This document shows, one piece after another, positions 19,223 to 30,715 of a stretch of DNA of 64,000 bases (its first letter is position 1; every line of letters starts with the position of its first letter). This DNA is from an uncultured Planctomycetia bacterium (GTDB taxonomy: Bacteria > Omnitrophota > Gorgyraeia > Duberdicusellales > 4484-171). A program made the translations under genes and the position numbers. The stretch is taken from positions 22,714 through 86,713 of the forward strand of contig CAYVYJ010000004.1 of the NCBI GenBank assembly GCA_964455085.1. Reading direction: 5' to 3'. The notes below the pieces were generated by a model. That model saw only the letters and a program-made list of their open reading frames with translations, was not told the DNA's origin and did not search any database.

Positions 19223-19543
19223 TTATTTTATTGTACTTCCTACGGCTACTTCTTTATCTAAAATTACCAAGCTAAGATCATCTTTACCCTGAGCCGCCAG
19301 CACCATACCTTCAGATAGAACGCCTCTAACATCTTTTGGTTCTAAATTGGTTAAAACAACTACAAGCTTATTCTCTAACTGCTCAGGCGAATAAAAAGGC
19401 TTGATGCCGGCCACGACCTGTACAACCTTATCCCCTAGGTCTACTTTTAGTAAATAAAGTTTCTCAGCGTCAGGATGAAAATTAACCTCTGAAATCTTTC
19501 CTACTTTTAAATCCAGTTTAGAAAAATCATCAAAACTAACCAT
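19223..19543 (-). CDS. Stand-alone tRNA-binding OB domain (MetRS C-terminus/Trbp111/CsaA-like)
   Basis: FDDFSKLDLKVG, HPDAEKL, NLEPK..RG..SEGMVLAA. Confidence 0.88.
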   Translation of the reverse strand: MVSFDDFSKLDLKVGKISEVNFHPDAEKLYLLKVDLGDKVVQVVAGIKPFYSPEQLENKLVVVLTNLEPKDVRGVLSEGMVLAAQGKDDLSLVILDKEVAVGSTIK

Positions 19544-19589
19544 TTTTTCTCCTTTTTTAAAGTTTTAAACCGGTGGGGGAGGTCGACTA

Positions 19590-19904
19590 TTAAATACCAA
19601 AGGCAATATCTTTTATTATGACCCAAAGCAGAATGATAATTATTATCGCCGAGACAAGATAAAAGTCATTAAAATAAAAAAATTCTCTTGCCCCTTCTAA
19701 AACGTGACCTTTTTTTTCGGGAAGATTATATTTTTTCTTTATTTTCGGCTTGAACTTTGTTATATCATCTTTCTTGAATCGCAAGAACTCTCCAGCCACT
19801 TTAAAGTGGGGTATAAGGTTCTTATTGGCTAGTTCAATTATATCCTTTTCAGAAATACCTAAGACCTGTGAAATCTCTCTGGTAGTAAAAAGTTTCTCTT
19901 TCAT
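19590..19904 (-). CDS. Excisionase-type HTH (HTH_17) protein with a C-terminal membrane anchor
   Basis: LFTTREISQVLGIS...IPHFKVAGEFLRF; hydrophobic C-terminal helix. Confidence 0.75.
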   Translation of the reverse strand: MKEKLFTTREISQVLGISEKDIIELANKNLIPHFKVAGEFLRFKKDDITKFKPKIKKKYNLPEKKGHVLEGAREFFYFNDFYLVSAIIIIILLWVIIKDIAFGI

Positions 19905-19972
19905 CTCTTAGTTATAATAATCTTTAAGCCTTGTGAAGTTTTACTTCAGCAAGATTGAAGTCTAAGATAATC

Positions 19973-20473
19973 TTAAGATTTATGGGCAACCCAGCTATCT
20001 ACTTCTCTGCGGTCAAATAATAACTTATTACCTTCTTTCTCTACGGGAATTTTTCCGCCTTCAACCCACTCTACAATTTTCTTCTCTTCAACCGAAAGAT
20101 AATCTGAGAGCTCTTCTAAGGAAATTCTTGCCTCAGCTGTCCGACACTTACCGTTAAAAATTGCTCCCTCATCAATAGAAATCTTAGGGACTTCTATATC
20201 GCCAATAACCTGGGCTGTGGAAAGAAGCTTAATGCTCTCCATTGCCTTAATATTCCCTTTGACCGTGCCAGCAATAGTTACTTTTTCTCCGATAATATTA
20301 GCCTTTACCGTGGCTGCCTGGCCAATAATAAGGCTACCCTTTGTGTCCAGACTACCCTCAAATTTACCATTGATTCGTAAATTCACAGGGTCGGAGAAAA
20401 CCAAGCTCCCTTTCATTGCTGCACTTACATCAAGAACTTTCTCCTCTTCTTTTCGTCTAGCCATCTTTTTCAC
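19973..20473 (-). CDS. Bactofilin (polymer-forming cytoskeletal) domain fused to an HTH_17 DNA-binding domain
   Basis: LRINGKFEG...G.VKGNI...IDEGAIFNGKC beta-helix, then ISLEELSDYLSV...WVEGGKIP...LLFDRREVDSW. Confidence 0.8.
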   Translation of the reverse strand: MKKMARRKEEEKVLDVSAAMKGSLVFSDPVNLRINGKFEGSLDTKGSLIIGQAATVKANIIGEKVTIAGTVKGNIKAMESIKLLSTAQVIGDIEVPKISIDEGAIFNGKCRTAEARISLEELSDYLSVEEKKIVEWVEGGKIPVEKEGNKLLFDRREVDSWVAHKS

Positions 20474-20489
20474 CCCCTAATAATTAATA

Positions 20490-20915
20490 TTAAATAGTTT
20501 CCTTTTCTAATTTTTTTAAAAACGAAAGGACTAAATAAGAAATCGCGGTAACAATTATCGCTCCGCTAATATACCCACAGCCTATAGCTAACCCAATTGC
20601 TGCACTAACCCAGATACTTGCCGCTGTAGTTAATCCCCGAACTCCCTCTTTACTGCGTATAATCGTTCCGGCACCCAAGAAACCAACGCCAGTAACTACT
20701 CCAGCAGCAATTCTTCCGGGATCAACAGCACCTAGTTCTTGATAAATATCATAGATATAAAGCGAAGTCAACATTATTAGGGTTGAACCTATAGTAACTA
20801 AGATATGAGTCCTTAAACCGGCTCCTCCACCTTTTTTTTGGCGCTCAAAACCAATTATACTACCTAAAACACAGGCAATTATTAAACGTAATGCTGTAGA
20901 GAATAAGTTTAACAT
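20490..20915 (-). CDS. MgtC/SapB family protein
   Basis: IGFERQ, AGLRTH, DPGRIAAGVVTGVGFLGAG, GLTTAA. Confidence 0.92.
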   Translation of the reverse strand: MLNLFSTALRLIIACVLGSIIGFERQKKGGGAGLRTHILVTIGSTLIMLTSLYIYDIYQELGAVDPGRIAAGVVTGVGFLGAGTIIRSKEGVRGLTTAASIWVSAAIGLAIGCGYISGAIIVTAISYLVLSFLKKLEKETI

Positions 20916-20916
20916 A

Positions 20917-21906
20917 TTAGTTGGCCTGGGCTTTTAAGTTTAGACCACACTCCTTCTTTTTCTTATTATACAGGTAAAATCCTAATCCTGCAACTATTGC
21001 AGCATTATCCCCAGTATACTCAAGTGGCGCCATGCGAACCTCAATTCCTTGCCTCTCCTCCTGTTTAAGCCGCCGGCGTAAGTATTTATTGGCAACGACC
21101 CCACCACCACAGACTATCCTTTTAATTCTTAGCTTATCTTTAGCCTCCAGGATTGTTTTAATGATTGTTTCAATAACCGCGTATTGAAAAGAAGAAACAA
21201 GCTTTTTCTTCATCTTTGAATCAAAAATACCTTTTTCTTCCAATTCTTTCTTTTTATAAATAAGCCCAGTCTTTATCCCGCTAAAACTTAAATCCAACCC
21301 TATCTTCCCACACTTAAAACTAAAATCATCTTTATACCGGGGGTTAAAAAGTTTATCAATAACTGGTCCTCCGGGATAACCTAGATTGTAAGCTTTAGCT
21401 ATCTTATCAAAGACCTCCCCGCAAGCATCATCACGAGTCTGTCCTAAAATCTTTATTTTGTCAAAATCGTCTACTCGATAAATTTCAGTATGACCACCGG
21501 AGATCACGACTCCTAAAAAAGGAAACTTCAATCTCTGCTGATAGTTTAAGAAGGGAGCAAAAATATGGGCATGAAGATGATTAACCCCAATAAGAGGCTT
21601 CTTAAGAGCCAAAGATAAAGCTTTAGCAAAGTTTAGCCCAACAACCAAGGCGCCCAGGAGGCCAGGTTTATAAGTCACCGAAATTAAATCCAATCTTTCC
21701 AAAGATATGCCGGCAACTTTACAGGCAGCTGCTAAGACTTTGTCGATATTCTCCAGGTGTGCCCGGGTAGCTATCTCAGGAACTATACCTCCGTACTTCT
21801 TATGCTCTCTTAAAGAAGATAGGGTAATGCTGGAGAGGACTTGATAATCTCTTAAGATTGCACAGGAAGTTTCATCGCAAGAAGTTTCAATACCTAATAT
21901 ATACAT
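20917..21906 (-). CDS. tsaD: tRNA N6-adenosine threonylcarbamoyltransferase
   Basis: LGIETSCDET, GGIVPE, HLHAH, SGGHT, DDACGEVFDK, DNAA. Confidence 0.96.
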   Translation of the reverse strand: MYILGIETSCDETSCAILRDYQVLSSITLSSLREHKKYGGIVPEIATRAHLENIDKVLAAACKVAGISLERLDLISVTYKPGLLGALVVGLNFAKALSLALKKPLIGVNHLHAHIFAPFLNYQQRLKFPFLGVVISGGHTEIYRVDDFDKIKILGQTRDDACGEVFDKIAKAYNLGYPGGPVIDKLFNPRYKDDFSFKCGKIGLDLSFSGIKTGLIYKKKELEEKGIFDSKMKKKLVSSFQYAVIETIIKTILEAKDKLRIKRIVCGGGVVANKYLRRRLKQEERQGIEVRMAPLEYTGDNAAIVAGLGFYLYNKKKKECGLNLKAQAN

Positions 21907-21982
21907 ATTATTATAAAGATAGTGGTTAAAAAGAAGAAGGATAAATTAAAGGGCTATTAAAACAGAACCTGGAGTCTCCTCT

Positions 21983-23206
21983 TCATCCTTGCTCCTTACC
22001 TTTTAAGATAAGGATACCTTTAATGAGATCTAAAGCTCTTACTATCTGGGAATCTTTTTTATAATCAAAGTCTTGCTTCCTGTCTAATTCCTTAAACACG
22101 TCATCTTTTGATCTCTCAATTGCTTCTTTAACTAATTCAATATCGGGTTCGATTCCTTTCTCATGAATACTTACTTCGGCCGGAGTGTAATATTTAGAAG
22201 TGGTAAGCCGCATGGCCGAGCCGTCAGATAAAGGCAGTATTGTTTGAACTGACCCCTTGCCAAAAGTCGTCTCACCAATAAGAATTGCCCGGTTGTTGTC
22301 ACGCAAGGCTGCAGCAAGAATCTCGCTTCCCGAAGCACTACCTTTATTGATCAATACTACCATCGGAATATCAATATACTTCTTTCTAAACGGTACAGCA
22401 CTATATAGTTTCTCATCTTCACTCCTTGAATCAGTGGATACCACGACTTTTCCGTCTTCTAGGAATTTACTGGATATGTCTATGGCTGAGTTAAGCAATC
22501 CTCCGGGGTTATTTCTTACATCAATAACCAAAGCTTTTAGACCTTCTTCCTCCAACTCCGCTAAGGCTTTGCATAGGTCTTTATAGGTAGATTCTCTAAA
22601 CTCGCCTATTTTTATGTAACCAACACCATCTTCAAGGATCAACGATCTTTTTATGTCTTTTATCTTTATTATATCTCTTACAATAGTTATATCCTCGACT
22701 AATCTATTTCCTTCTCTCAATACAGTTAAAGTAACTTCGCTTTCGGGATCGCCACGTAATTGTTTAACTGCTTCGTTTAAGGTAATATCTTTGGTTGATT
22801 CACCGTCGATCTTAATAATAATATCTCCGGCTTCAATCCCGGCTCGCCAGGCTGGTGTGTCTTCTATGGGAGAAACAATAGTCAGAAGACCGTTTCTTAT
22901 GGTAATCTCAATCCCTAAACCGCCAAATTTACCTTCTGTTTCAACCAGAAGATTCTTGTAATCTTCAGGAGTCAAAAATTGACTATAGGCATCTAAAGAC
23001 AAGGCTAGCCCTCTCATCGCTCCATAGACTAAATCTTCGGGAGTTTTTTCTTCTACATATTTTCCCTCAATAACCGCTAACCCTTCAGCAAATATCTCTA
23101 ACTCCCGATACAAATCATCCTTCTCGCTGCTGAAAGAAATTCCAACCTTATAAGCGGAGATAGCTATGGTTAAGGTGACTGCAAGAATAACGAATCTTCT
23201 TCTCAT
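21983..23206 (-). CDS. S41 family carboxyl-terminal processing protease
   Basis: PDZ GLGI, DVRNNPGG, SASGSE, TFGKGSVQ. Confidence 0.93.
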   Translation of the reverse strand: MRRRFVILAVTLTIAISAYKVGISFSSEKDDLYRELEIFAEGLAVIEGKYVEEKTPEDLVYGAMRGLALSLDAYSQFLTPEDYKNLLVETEGKFGGLGIEITIRNGLLTIVSPIEDTPAWRAGIEAGDIIIKIDGESTKDITLNEAVKQLRGDPESEVTLTVLREGNRLVEDITIVRDIIKIKDIKRSLILEDGVGYIKIGEFRESTYKDLCKALAELEEEGLKALVIDVRNNPGGLLNSAIDISSKFLEDGKVVVSTDSRSEDEKLYSAVPFRKKYIDIPMVVLINKGSASGSEILAAALRDNNRAILIGETTFGKGSVQTILPLSDGSAMRLTTSKYYTPAEVSIHEKGIEPDIELVKEAIERSKDDVFKELDRKQDFDYKKDSQIVRALDLIKGILILKGKEQG

Positions 23207-24621
23207 TTCTCTATCCTCCTTTTTATCATCTCTCTTGCTACCTGGGGATTGGCTTTACCCTTACTCTTCTTCATTACCTGCCCCACAAGAAACATTATTG
23301 CCTGATTCTTGCCCTCTAAATACTCTTTAACCGGTTTGGGGTTCTCTTTAATAACCTCTTCGACAAAAATATCTAACTCGCCTTCACCGGATAGCTGCCT
23401 AAGACCTTCTCTTTCAATAATCTTATCTATATCCTCATCAGTAGTAATACTCAAAAAAAGAGCTTTTTTCGCCGTAATATTGTTCAGTCTCCCTTCTTTG
23501 AAGTATTTTACTATTTGGGCGAACTTTTCTGCCGATATTTTCACCGAACTGAACCCACCCTCTAAACTATTTACCTGCTCAAGAAAGGGACCAATCAGCC
23601 AGTTAGATACCTCCTGCGGCTTAGGATAAAACTTAACCGCGGCTTCAAAAAAATCAGCTAGCCAGCGGTCAGACAGAAGTATATCTATTTCATTAGGTCC
23701 GATTTTGTAATCTTCTAAAAATCTCTTTCTCTTCCTAAGAGGCAACTCTCCTACCAAATCCTTCTCTTGCTTAATAAACTCATCGGAAATGGAGAAATCT
23801 AGAAGATCGGGTTCGGGAAAATAACGGTAGTCATGGGCCTCTTCTTTGCTGCGCATAACTATTGTCATTAGTTTATCCACATCCCACAATCTTGTCTCTT
23901 GGGTTATTTTTTCTCCCTGCCCTATTGCTTTAGCCTGTCTCTTTACCTCGAATTCTAAAGCCGCCTTAACTCCTCTAAAACTATTCATGTTTTTCAGCTC
24001 TACTTTCGTGCCCAGTGCAGCGTCTCCCGGCTTGCGCAGCGAAATATTAGCATCACAGCGTAAAGACCCTTTCTCCATATCACAATCAGAAGCATTGATG
24101 TATTGAAGGATTAACTTCAAAGAAGACAGATATTCAAAAGCTTCCTCAGGGCTCCCTATATCCGGTTCAGTTACAATTTCTAACAGCGGTGTGCCAGTAC
24201 GATTAAAATCTACCCAGGAATAACCTTGCTTGTGGATAAGTTTACCGGCATCCTCTTCCATATGTACTCTGTTTATATTTATCTTTTTACCAGAAGGGAG
24301 TCTTAAGAATCCTGCCTCACCTAAAGGCATCTTATACTGAGAAATTTGATAATCTTTAGGCAGGTCGGGATAAAAATAGTTCTTACGCTCAAAATATATA
24401 CTTTTATTAATCTTACAATTCAAAGCCAAAGAAACCCTTATGGCCAATTTTAAAACTTTTTTGTTGAAGACCGGTAACACTCCGGGATACCCGCAACAAA
24501 CCGGACAAATATTAGTATTGGGAGGGCTCTCGAATTTCGTAGAGCAAGAACAGAAAATCTTTGATTCTGTCTTCAACTGAGTGTGAACTTCCAGACCAAT
24601 TATAACTTCAAAATCATTCAT
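23203..24621 (-). CDS. gatB: Asp/Glu-tRNA amidotransferase subunit B
   Basis: [32 protein letters not shown]. Confidence 0.97.
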   Translation of the reverse strand: MNDFEVIIGLEVHTQLKTESKIFCSCSTKFESPPNTNICPVCCGYPGVLPVFNKKVLKLAIRVSLALNCKINKSIYFERKNYFYPDLPKDYQISQYKMPLGEAGFLRLPSGKKININRVHMEEDAGKLIHKQGYSWVDFNRTGTPLLEIVTEPDIGSPEEAFEYLSSLKLILQYINASDCDMEKGSLRCDANISLRKPGDAALGTKVELKNMNSFRGVKAALEFEVKRQAKAIGQGEKITQETRLWDVDKLMTIVMRSKEEAHDYRYFPEPDLLDFSISDEFIKQEKDLVGELPLRKRKRFLEDYKIGPNEIDILLSDRWLADFFEAAVKFYPKPQEVSNWLIGPFLEQVNSLEGGFSSVKISAEKFAQIVKYFKEGRLNNITAKKALFLSITTDEDIDKIIEREGLRQLSGEGELDIFVEEVIKENPKPVKEYLEGKNQAIMFLVGQVMKKSKGKANPQVAREMIKRRIEK

Positions 24622-26047
24622 GATGAATCTTGGGTATTTTCTTATGAAAATCCGTACTAGCTTGAAAAACCGAACCTAATCTCAGAAGAGTAAACTCATC
24701 AAATTCCTTTCCAATCAGTTGGGCTCCAATCGGTAACTTATCATTAGAGAATCCGCAAGGAAAAGATACGGCTGGTAACCCGGCTAGATTTGTAGAAATA
24801 GTATAAATATCTGATAAATACATGCTTAAAGGATCGTTTGTTTTTTCACCAATTTTAAAAGCAGTTGTTGGCGCAGTAGGTGTAAGGATAGCATCAACTT
24901 TTTCGAAGGCTTGATCAAAATCGCCTTTGATCAACCTCCTCACTTTAAGAGCTTTTAGGTAGTAAGCATCGTAGTAGCCGCTGGAAAGACTGTGGGTACC
25001 CAAGAAGATTCTCCTCTTTGACTCAGCGCCAAAACCCTGCCCCCGGCTCTCGGCATAAAGGTCCTCCAAATTACTGTTCTTTACTCTTACCCCATACCTT
25101 ATTCCGTCAAATCTCTGGAGGTTAGAACTTGCCTCTGAGGAAGCAATGATATAATAGGTGGCCACAGCATATTCGGTGTGCGGCAAACTCACTTCGATGA
25201 ACTTTACCCCCTTGGCCTCAAAAACCTTCTTTGCCCTATTGACTGCCTCTCTGACCTCTTGACTTAATCCCTGCTGAAAATACTCTTTAGGTATTCCTAT
25301 TTTTATGTCGTCAATATCACTATTCAAAGCTTCCTTAAAATCAGGTACCTTGAGAGACACTGATGTTGAGTCTTTGTCATCCTGACCACAGATGATGTTG
25401 AGAAGATACGCGCAGTCGGTAAAATTGGTAGTTATCGGCCCGATCTGATCTAAGCTTGAACCAAAAGCAATTAAACCCCAACGGGAAACCCGACCATAAG
25501 TAGGCTTAAAGCCGACTACTCCACAAAAACAAGCTGGTTGCCGGATTGAACCTCCGGTATCAGAACCCAAGGCAAAAGGAACCAAACGAGCTGCCACTGC
25601 TGCTGCGGAACCTCCGCTTGAGCCACCAGAAACTTTAGTTATGTCCCAAGGATTTCTTGTCGGTCCGTAACAAGAGTTCTCAGTAGATGAACCAAAAGCA
25701 AACTCGTCCATATTTGTAGTCCCGATAATGCTTAAGCCGGCACGCTTTAATCTTCTTATAACCTCGGCATCATAGACGGCTAAGTGGGTGGAAAGAATTC
25801 GGGAAGCACAGGTAATTTTCTTTCCCTTTATGCAGATATTATCTTTTATAGCAATCGGCAAATTGGCGAGCGGAGAACTTCCTTCTCCGATAATCGGCTG
25901 TTTATAGACTTCTACGAAACTTCGCAGAGAAGAATCGTACTTTTTGATTCTTTCTGTGAACAATGAGTGGACCTCTTCCGGTTTTAGTTGGCCAGAACTA
26001 ATTCTTTCTCCGATTGCGCTGGCTGTCAGATTAATTAAGTCTTCCAT
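24614..26047 (-). CDS. gatA: Asp/Glu-tRNA amidotransferase subunit A
   Basis: [31 protein letters not shown]. Confidence 0.97.
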   Translation of the reverse strand: MEDLINLTASAIGERISSGQLKPEEVHSLFTERIKKYDSSLRSFVEVYKQPIIGEGSSPLANLPIAIKDNICIKGKKITCASRILSTHLAVYDAEVIRRLKRAGLSIIGTTNMDEFAFGSSTENSCYGPTRNPWDITKVSGGSSGGSAAAVAARLVPFALGSDTGGSIRQPACFCGVVGFKPTYGRVSRWGLIAFGSSLDQIGPITTNFTDCAYLLNIICGQDDKDSTSVSLKVPDFKEALNSDIDDIKIGIPKEYFQQGLSQEVREAVNRAKKVFEAKGVKFIEVSLPHTEYAVATYYIIASSEASSNLQRFDGIRYGVRVKNSNLEDLYAESRGQGFGAESKRRIFLGTHSLSSGYYDAYYLKALKVRRLIKGDFDQAFEKVDAILTPTAPTTAFKIGEKTNDPLSMYLSDIYTISTNLAGLPAVSFPCGFSNDKLPIGAQLIGKEFDEFTLLRLGSVFQASTDFHKKIPKIHHE

Positions 26048-26338
26048 CTACTCGATAACTGTGGGAATTTTAAAATAATCATTCTCTCGTGAAGGAGAAT
26101 TTTTTAAAATGTCATCCCGAGAAGTCGAAGGAATAGCCTTATCTTCTCGAAAAATATTCTCCGGGATATGTAAACCCCGTAAGGGTTCAACACCCTCTAC
26201 ATCCAGCTCTTTTAACTTATCAATATAGCCGATAATCTTAGAAAGCTGCTCACTTAAAGCTTCCTTTTCCTGAGAAGTTATCTTTATTCTAGCTAACTTG
26301 GCTACATATTCTACGTTTTCTTTATTTTTTTCCTTCAT
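26048..26338 (-). CDS. gatC: Asp/Glu-tRNA amidotransferase subunit C
   Basis: VAKLARI, FREDK, YFKIPTVIE; first gene of gatCAB. Confidence 0.95.
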   Translation of the reverse strand: MKEKNKENVEYVAKLARIKITSQEKEALSEQLSKIIGYIDKLKELDVEGVEPLRGLHIPENIFREDKAIPSTSRDDILKNSPSRENDYFKIPTVIE

Positions 26339-26356
26339 AATTTATCCTTATCTTCA

Positions 26357-27901
26357 TCAAGAAGGATGTAATTTGCCGCGAAAGAGAGTAAGTTCTAAAA
26401 ATGTTTGGAGGCGACGTGACCGACTAGGCCGCCTTAATTTCTTGAGAGCTTTAGCTTCAATTTGTCTTATCCGCTCACGAGTAACCTTAAAAATAGTTCC
26501 TACTTCCTCAAGAGTCTTAGGGCTGCCGTCTTCGAGCCCAAATCTTAAGGTAAGAATATTTCTCTCCCGTTCGGTCAAACTGTCCATCGCCTGCCCTAAT
26601 TCCTCCTTAAGCATTGAGAAGACAGTTGCATTAGCCGGCGATACAGCCTTTTTGTCCTCAATAAAATCACCGAAAGAAGTGTCTCCATCATCGCCAATCG
26701 GCGTATGTATAGATATCGGTTGCTGTGATACCTTAATAATATCTTTTATCTTAGAAACCGGGAGCCTTAACTCTTTTGCTAACTCATCAGGGGTAGGTTC
26801 TTTGCCTTTCTCCTGAATAAAAAGCCGCGAGATTCGAATTATTTTGTTAATTGTCTCAGTCATATGCACAGGAATTCTAATCGTCCGGGCCTGATCAGCA
26901 ATAGCTCGAGTTATTGCCTGTCTTATCCACCAAGTAGCATAAGTAGAAAATTTATATCCTCGCTTGTACTCAAACTTCTCTACTGCTTTAATAAGTCCAA
27001 TATTTCCCTCTTGAATTAAATCTAAGAAAGAAAGACCCCGGTTTACGTATTTCTTAGCTATACTTACTACTAATCGTAAATTCGCCTCAACAAGAGTGCT
27101 CTTAGCGTGATTATAAAGCCGGCTCTTCTCTAAGATAGCCCGCATCTTATCTCTTACCTCTTCCTTGCCGAATCCAAGTTGCCTTATGCGTTTATTTTTT
27201 TGCCGTATTAAGCTGCGTTTCTGGCCAAGCTTACTCTTACTCCTCCCCTTTATCTTATCAATCTTTCTCTTTATCCGTTCAGCTTCACGGACAACTTCTT
27301 TAGTCTTAGAAATTATCTCTTCTATTATTCCGATGGTAAAGTTAAAACCTTTAAGGACTGCTTTCTGGCTTTCGGCTCTTTTAATCCTAACTAATTTGTT
27401 GTAGAGTTTTCGTATCCTCTTGACTTCTTTTTCCTTGCTCTTAATCTCTCCCTTAACAAAATCATCAGGGTTAAGCTGATCTTTGAGCAACTGTTTAGAG
27501 ATATCGATAAATGTATTTCGCGATATGCCGGTAGAAAAAACTTCGTCACGCAAAATCTCTTCGGTATCTTCAATTTTCTTTGCTAATCGTATTTCTTCGT
27601 CTCGTGAAAGCAAAGGAATTTGGCCCATCTGCTTAAGATACATCTTAACCGGATCATCTACCGGCTGGGATACGGGGGTGACTTGTTTTTTCTTTTCCTT
27701 CTCCCACTCAGCAACTTCTCTTGTCTCTAACACACTAATATCCTTACTATCTAGATGTTCAAAGATCGTATCTAAAGCCTTGACGTTTATTATTTCCTCC
27801 GAAAGGAAATGATTTATCTCATCGTAAGTAAGATACCCCTTCTTTTTTCCCAGATCAATTAACTGCTTTATGCTTCTCTCTAAAAGTTTTTTCTTAACCA
27901 T
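26357..27901 (-). CDS. rpoD: RNA polymerase primary sigma factor
   Basis: [44 protein letters not shown]; follows dnaG. Confidence 0.96.
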   Translation of the reverse strand: MVKKKLLERSIKQLIDLGKKKGYLTYDEINHFLSEEIINVKALDTIFEHLDSKDISVLETREVAEWEKEKKKQVTPVSQPVDDPVKMYLKQMGQIPLLSRDEEIRLAKKIEDTEEILRDEVFSTGISRNTFIDISKQLLKDQLNPDDFVKGEIKSKEKEVKRIRKLYNKLVRIKRAESQKAVLKGFNFTIGIIEEIISKTKEVVREAERIKRKIDKIKGRSKSKLGQKRSLIRQKNKRIRQLGFGKEEVRDKMRAILEKSRLYNHAKSTLVEANLRLVVSIAKKYVNRGLSFLDLIQEGNIGLIKAVEKFEYKRGYKFSTYATWWIRQAITRAIADQARTIRIPVHMTETINKIIRISRLFIQEKGKEPTPDELAKELRLPVSKIKDIIKVSQQPISIHTPIGDDGDTSFGDFIEDKKAVSPANATVFSMLKEELGQAMDSLTERERNILTLRFGLEDGSPKTLEEVGTIFKVTRERIRQIEAKALKKLRRPSRSRRLQTFLELTLFRGKLHPS

Positions 27902-29666
27902 TCCGTACCTCGCTATTAATCCGGCTATATTGGCGCATCAATTCTTTTAACTTTTGTTTATCACCTCTTACCTCGGCTTCCTTTATTTGGTCCTTCAACC
28001 TTTTTTTTACCTCTACCGCACCTCTTTTGCGAAGTTTTATCAAACTTTCTTTAAAAGTATTCTTATCTAAAGGGATATCGTCGTCCATTAAAATCTTGGA
28101 GATAAAACCGCTAATTTCTTTATCTTTGATTGTTCCTAATAATTTCTGCATCGAGCTATTCTCTTCAGTAGAATAAGTGTTAAAGAGAAAAGAAATGGTT
28201 TTCTGAGCTAGATATGAATGAAAGTACTCCCTTTTTAAATTCTTTCTCACCAGAGAAAAGGCCTTAGGGTTAGTGAGTATAAATTTAACTAGAACTTTTT
28301 CGGTGACCGACAAAGGCTCATTATTCAAATTTGTCCTTTTATCCCCGTAAGGGGTAGATGAAGGATACTTCTTGTAAATATTACTTTTCTTGGCCAGGTT
28401 ATTCCGGAATTCTGCAATCATGATCTCCTCTTTAACCCCCAAACTTCCGGCAAGTTTTCTGATATACTCATACTTTTGAACTTCGCTATTCAACTTCTCC
28501 AGGGTAGCAAGTATGTTCTTGGCAATTTTTGTCTTCCCCTCAATAGTTTCGGCATCATAAGTCTTCCTCAAACTGGCTAATTTGTGATCAAAAAAATCAA
28601 GTTTATTGCTTAATAACTGTGAAAAATAATCCTTACCCCTATGCCGAACTAATGAATCCGGGTCAGAGCCTTCAGGCAGGCTTACTACCTTAGCGCTTAA
28701 ATCATTTTCCAGAAGTAAGTCTATCGACCTTGCGGTAGCGACTTCACCAGCTTTATCAGAATCATACACCAGAATTACACAAGAGGCGTATCGTTTAATC
28801 AAGCGGATTTGTTCAATGGTAAGGGCCGTACCTAAAGAAGCTACGATATTCTTTATTCCCCTCATAAAAGGGGTAATCATATCTGAATAACCTTCAACCA
28901 CGATTACAATATCTTCTTTACCAATTTCATCCTTAGAAAAATTAAGTCCAAAAAGGTGTTCTCGCTTGCTGTAAAGAGCATTCTCTAAAGAATTAATATA
29001 TTTAGGAGAGTTGTTAGCTTCAACCCAGGTTCGGGCACCAAAACCAACGATACGGGAACGGACATCAAAAATGGGAAAAATGATTCTATCTTGAAACAAA
29101 TCGCGAAAACTTCCTCTGGCTGATGTAATCAACGATGCTTTTTCTAAAACCTCTAAGGTAAATCCTTCTTTACGCATATACTGAAGAAGGGAATTTCTGC
29201 CGGGAGCAAAACCGAGTTGAAATTTATTAATCGTCTCAGGTCCTACACCCCTTTTACTTAAATAAGCACGGACAGGCTGACACTTCTGGCTTTTAGTTAA
29301 ATTATTATGAAAGAATAAACCAGCCTTATGCGTAGCCTCATAGAGAATGTCCTTGGTTTTAGTGCTCTTACCCCTCTGATAAGGTATTGCTAAACCCAAT
29401 CGCTTGGCTAACATTTCTACGGCCTCGGGAAAACTTATCTTCTCGATAAGGGTCAAAAATTGAAAAATGCCTCCACCTTCACCGCAGCCAAAACAATGGA
29501 AAATTTGTTTCTGGGGACTTACGATAAAAGAAGGAGTTTTTTCGCCGTGAAAGGGGCAAATTGCTTTAAAATTTCTACCGGTTCGCTTCAAGGGAATGTA
29601 GCTAGAAATTAAATCAGCAATGTCAGTTCGAGACTGAACTTCTTCTATAAATGGTTGGGGAATCAT
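27894..29666 (-). CDS. dnaG: DNA primase (start moved to ATG 29666, MIPQPF)
   Basis: [11 protein letters not shown]...CFGC zinc finger, PKYINS, EGYSD, YDSDKAG, DPD. The longer ORF start runs through a repeat. Confidence 0.95.
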   Translation of the reverse strand: MIPQPFIEEVQSRTDIADLISSYIPLKRTGRNFKAICPFHGEKTPSFIVSPQKQIFHCFGCGEGGGIFQFLTLIEKISFPEAVEMLAKRLGLAIPYQRGKSTKTKDILYEATHKAGLFFHNNLTKSQKCQPVRAYLSKRGVGPETINKFQLGFAPGRNSLLQYMRKEGFTLEVLEKASLITSARGSFRDLFQDRIIFPIFDVRSRIVGFGARTWVEANNSPKYINSLENALYSKREHLFGLNFSKDEIGKEDIVIVVEGYSDMITPFMRGIKNIVASLGTALTIEQIRLIKRYASCVILVYDSDKAGEVATARSIDLLLENDLSAKVVSLPEGSDPDSLVRHRGKDYFSQLLSNKLDFFDHKLASLRKTYDAETIEGKTKIAKNILATLEKLNSEVQKYEYIRKLAGSLGVKEEIMIAEFRNNLAKKSNIYKKYPSSTPYGDKRTNLNNEPLSVTEKVLVKFILTNPKAFSLVRKNLKREYFHSYLAQKTISFLFNTYSTEENSSMQKLLGTIKDKEISGFISKILMDDDIPLDKNTFKESLIKLRKRGAVEVKKRLKDQIKEAEVRGDKQKLKELMRQYSRINSEVRNG

Positions 29667-29672
29667 ACCTCT

Positions 29673-29746
29673 GATTAGCAAATGGGTGAAAGAGTGAATA
29701 AGCAAATAGGCTAATGGTGTATTCGCCCATATACACATTAACCCGT
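29673..29746. repeat. Degenerate 8-nt-period tandem repeat with an inverted second part
   Basis: gattagca aatgggtg aaagagtg aataagca aataggct aatggtgt, then attcgccc atatacac attaaccc. Confidence 0.55.
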
Positions 29747-30715
29747 TTATCTCTTAGCTTTTTTTCGCTTAAATCTTCGGAATCCTGCGAACTCGTAGAT
29801 TGTAAGTTTCTCTTTGCTCTCTAAATAATCGAGCATGATATTAATGCCTAAGCTATCGGAAGCAATATGTGAAGCGAATATTACATTTATTTTAGACTCT
29901 TTACACTTCTTAAAATGCTCCTCAGACTGGTGCATGGCAATTATAGTATCAACTCCACAAGAAGCAAGCTCTTTGTAGATGTCTTTCGGCCCCTCTGTTC
30001 CTCCGGTAAATTCAAGATGAATATTTTTGCAGCGGGAATTCTTATTTCCAACTACTATCTGAGGAGGATTGTTGTTTTTCGCAGCATCAATATACTCAGG
30101 AATAGTTTGCAAAATACCAATTATACTACCCAAGTTTAAAGGTTTATTCTTATCCATAGCTTTTCGTAGATATTGATAAGCAAGATTATCGCAAGGCGTA
30201 TGCATGCAGAGAAAGTTTATATTGAGTAACCGTGCTATATCAACGCTTCGGGAATGATTGGCTGAACTAACTCTCCGAGCAACCTGGAGCTTCCTCTCCT
30301 CTAAGAGTTTCTCACAAACACCCAGGGCTATTCCTTCTTTAGTGAAAACATCGACTTGCAAATCCATCACTTCATAAAAGTTAGCGTAGGCTCGACCTTG
30401 AGGGTGATGTGAAACCACTAAGTCGATTCTTTCCCCTTTTTCTTTTAATCTATCTACGAGAACCAACTCGCTCCCATCAACATCTATTCCCACAATCAAC
30501 GACTTTATGTTGCTTGCAGGGGCACCGCAGAGAATACGGGTGTCGGAAAAAGGGTTAAATAATGAATCTAAGTCAAAGAGATCTCTCCCCTTCTTATCTG
30601 CTTTTTCTAACCTTTGTTGGTTCTTTTTAAGAAGCGCTTCTATTTCTTTACGGTTGCGGATATCAGCCTCAATCCCTTTCTTTACTACTTCTTGATAGAA
30701 ATTTTTTAACTTCAT
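29747..30715 (-). CDS. NIF3 / Nif3-like dinuclear metal-centre protein
   Basis: GIDVD, SHHP, HTPCDN, HIASDSLG; usual neighbour of dnaG. Confidence 0.85.
   Translation of the reverse strand: MKLKNFYQEVVKKGIEADIRNRKEIEALLKKNQQRLEKADKKGRDLFDLDSLFNPFSDTRILCGAPASNIKSLIVGIDVDGSELVLVDRLKEKGERIDLVVSHHPQGRAYANFYEVMDLQVDVFTKEGIALGVCEKLLEERKLQVARRVSSANHSRSVDIARLLNINFLCMHTPCDNLAYQYLRKAMDKNKPLNLGSIIGILQTIPEYIDAAKNNNPPQIVVGNKNSRCKNIHLEFTGGTEGPKDIYKELASCGVDTIIAMHQSEEHFKKCKESKINVIFASHIASDSLGINIMLDYLESKEKLTIYEFAGFRRFKRKKAKR

Noticed and set aside
19590-20473. Excisionase-like HTH genes as a prophage remnant
   Set aside because: No integrase, att site or phage gene nearby, and both HTHs are fused to cellular domains in a housekeeping run.
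26172-26188. Small hairpin AACCCCGTAAGGGTT in gatC
   Set aside because: GatC is of normal length, so there is no sign of an insertion; may be chance.
29667-29738. N-terminal extension of DnaG in the ORF track
   Set aside because: It is read-through of the octamer repeat; the protein should start at MIPQPF.
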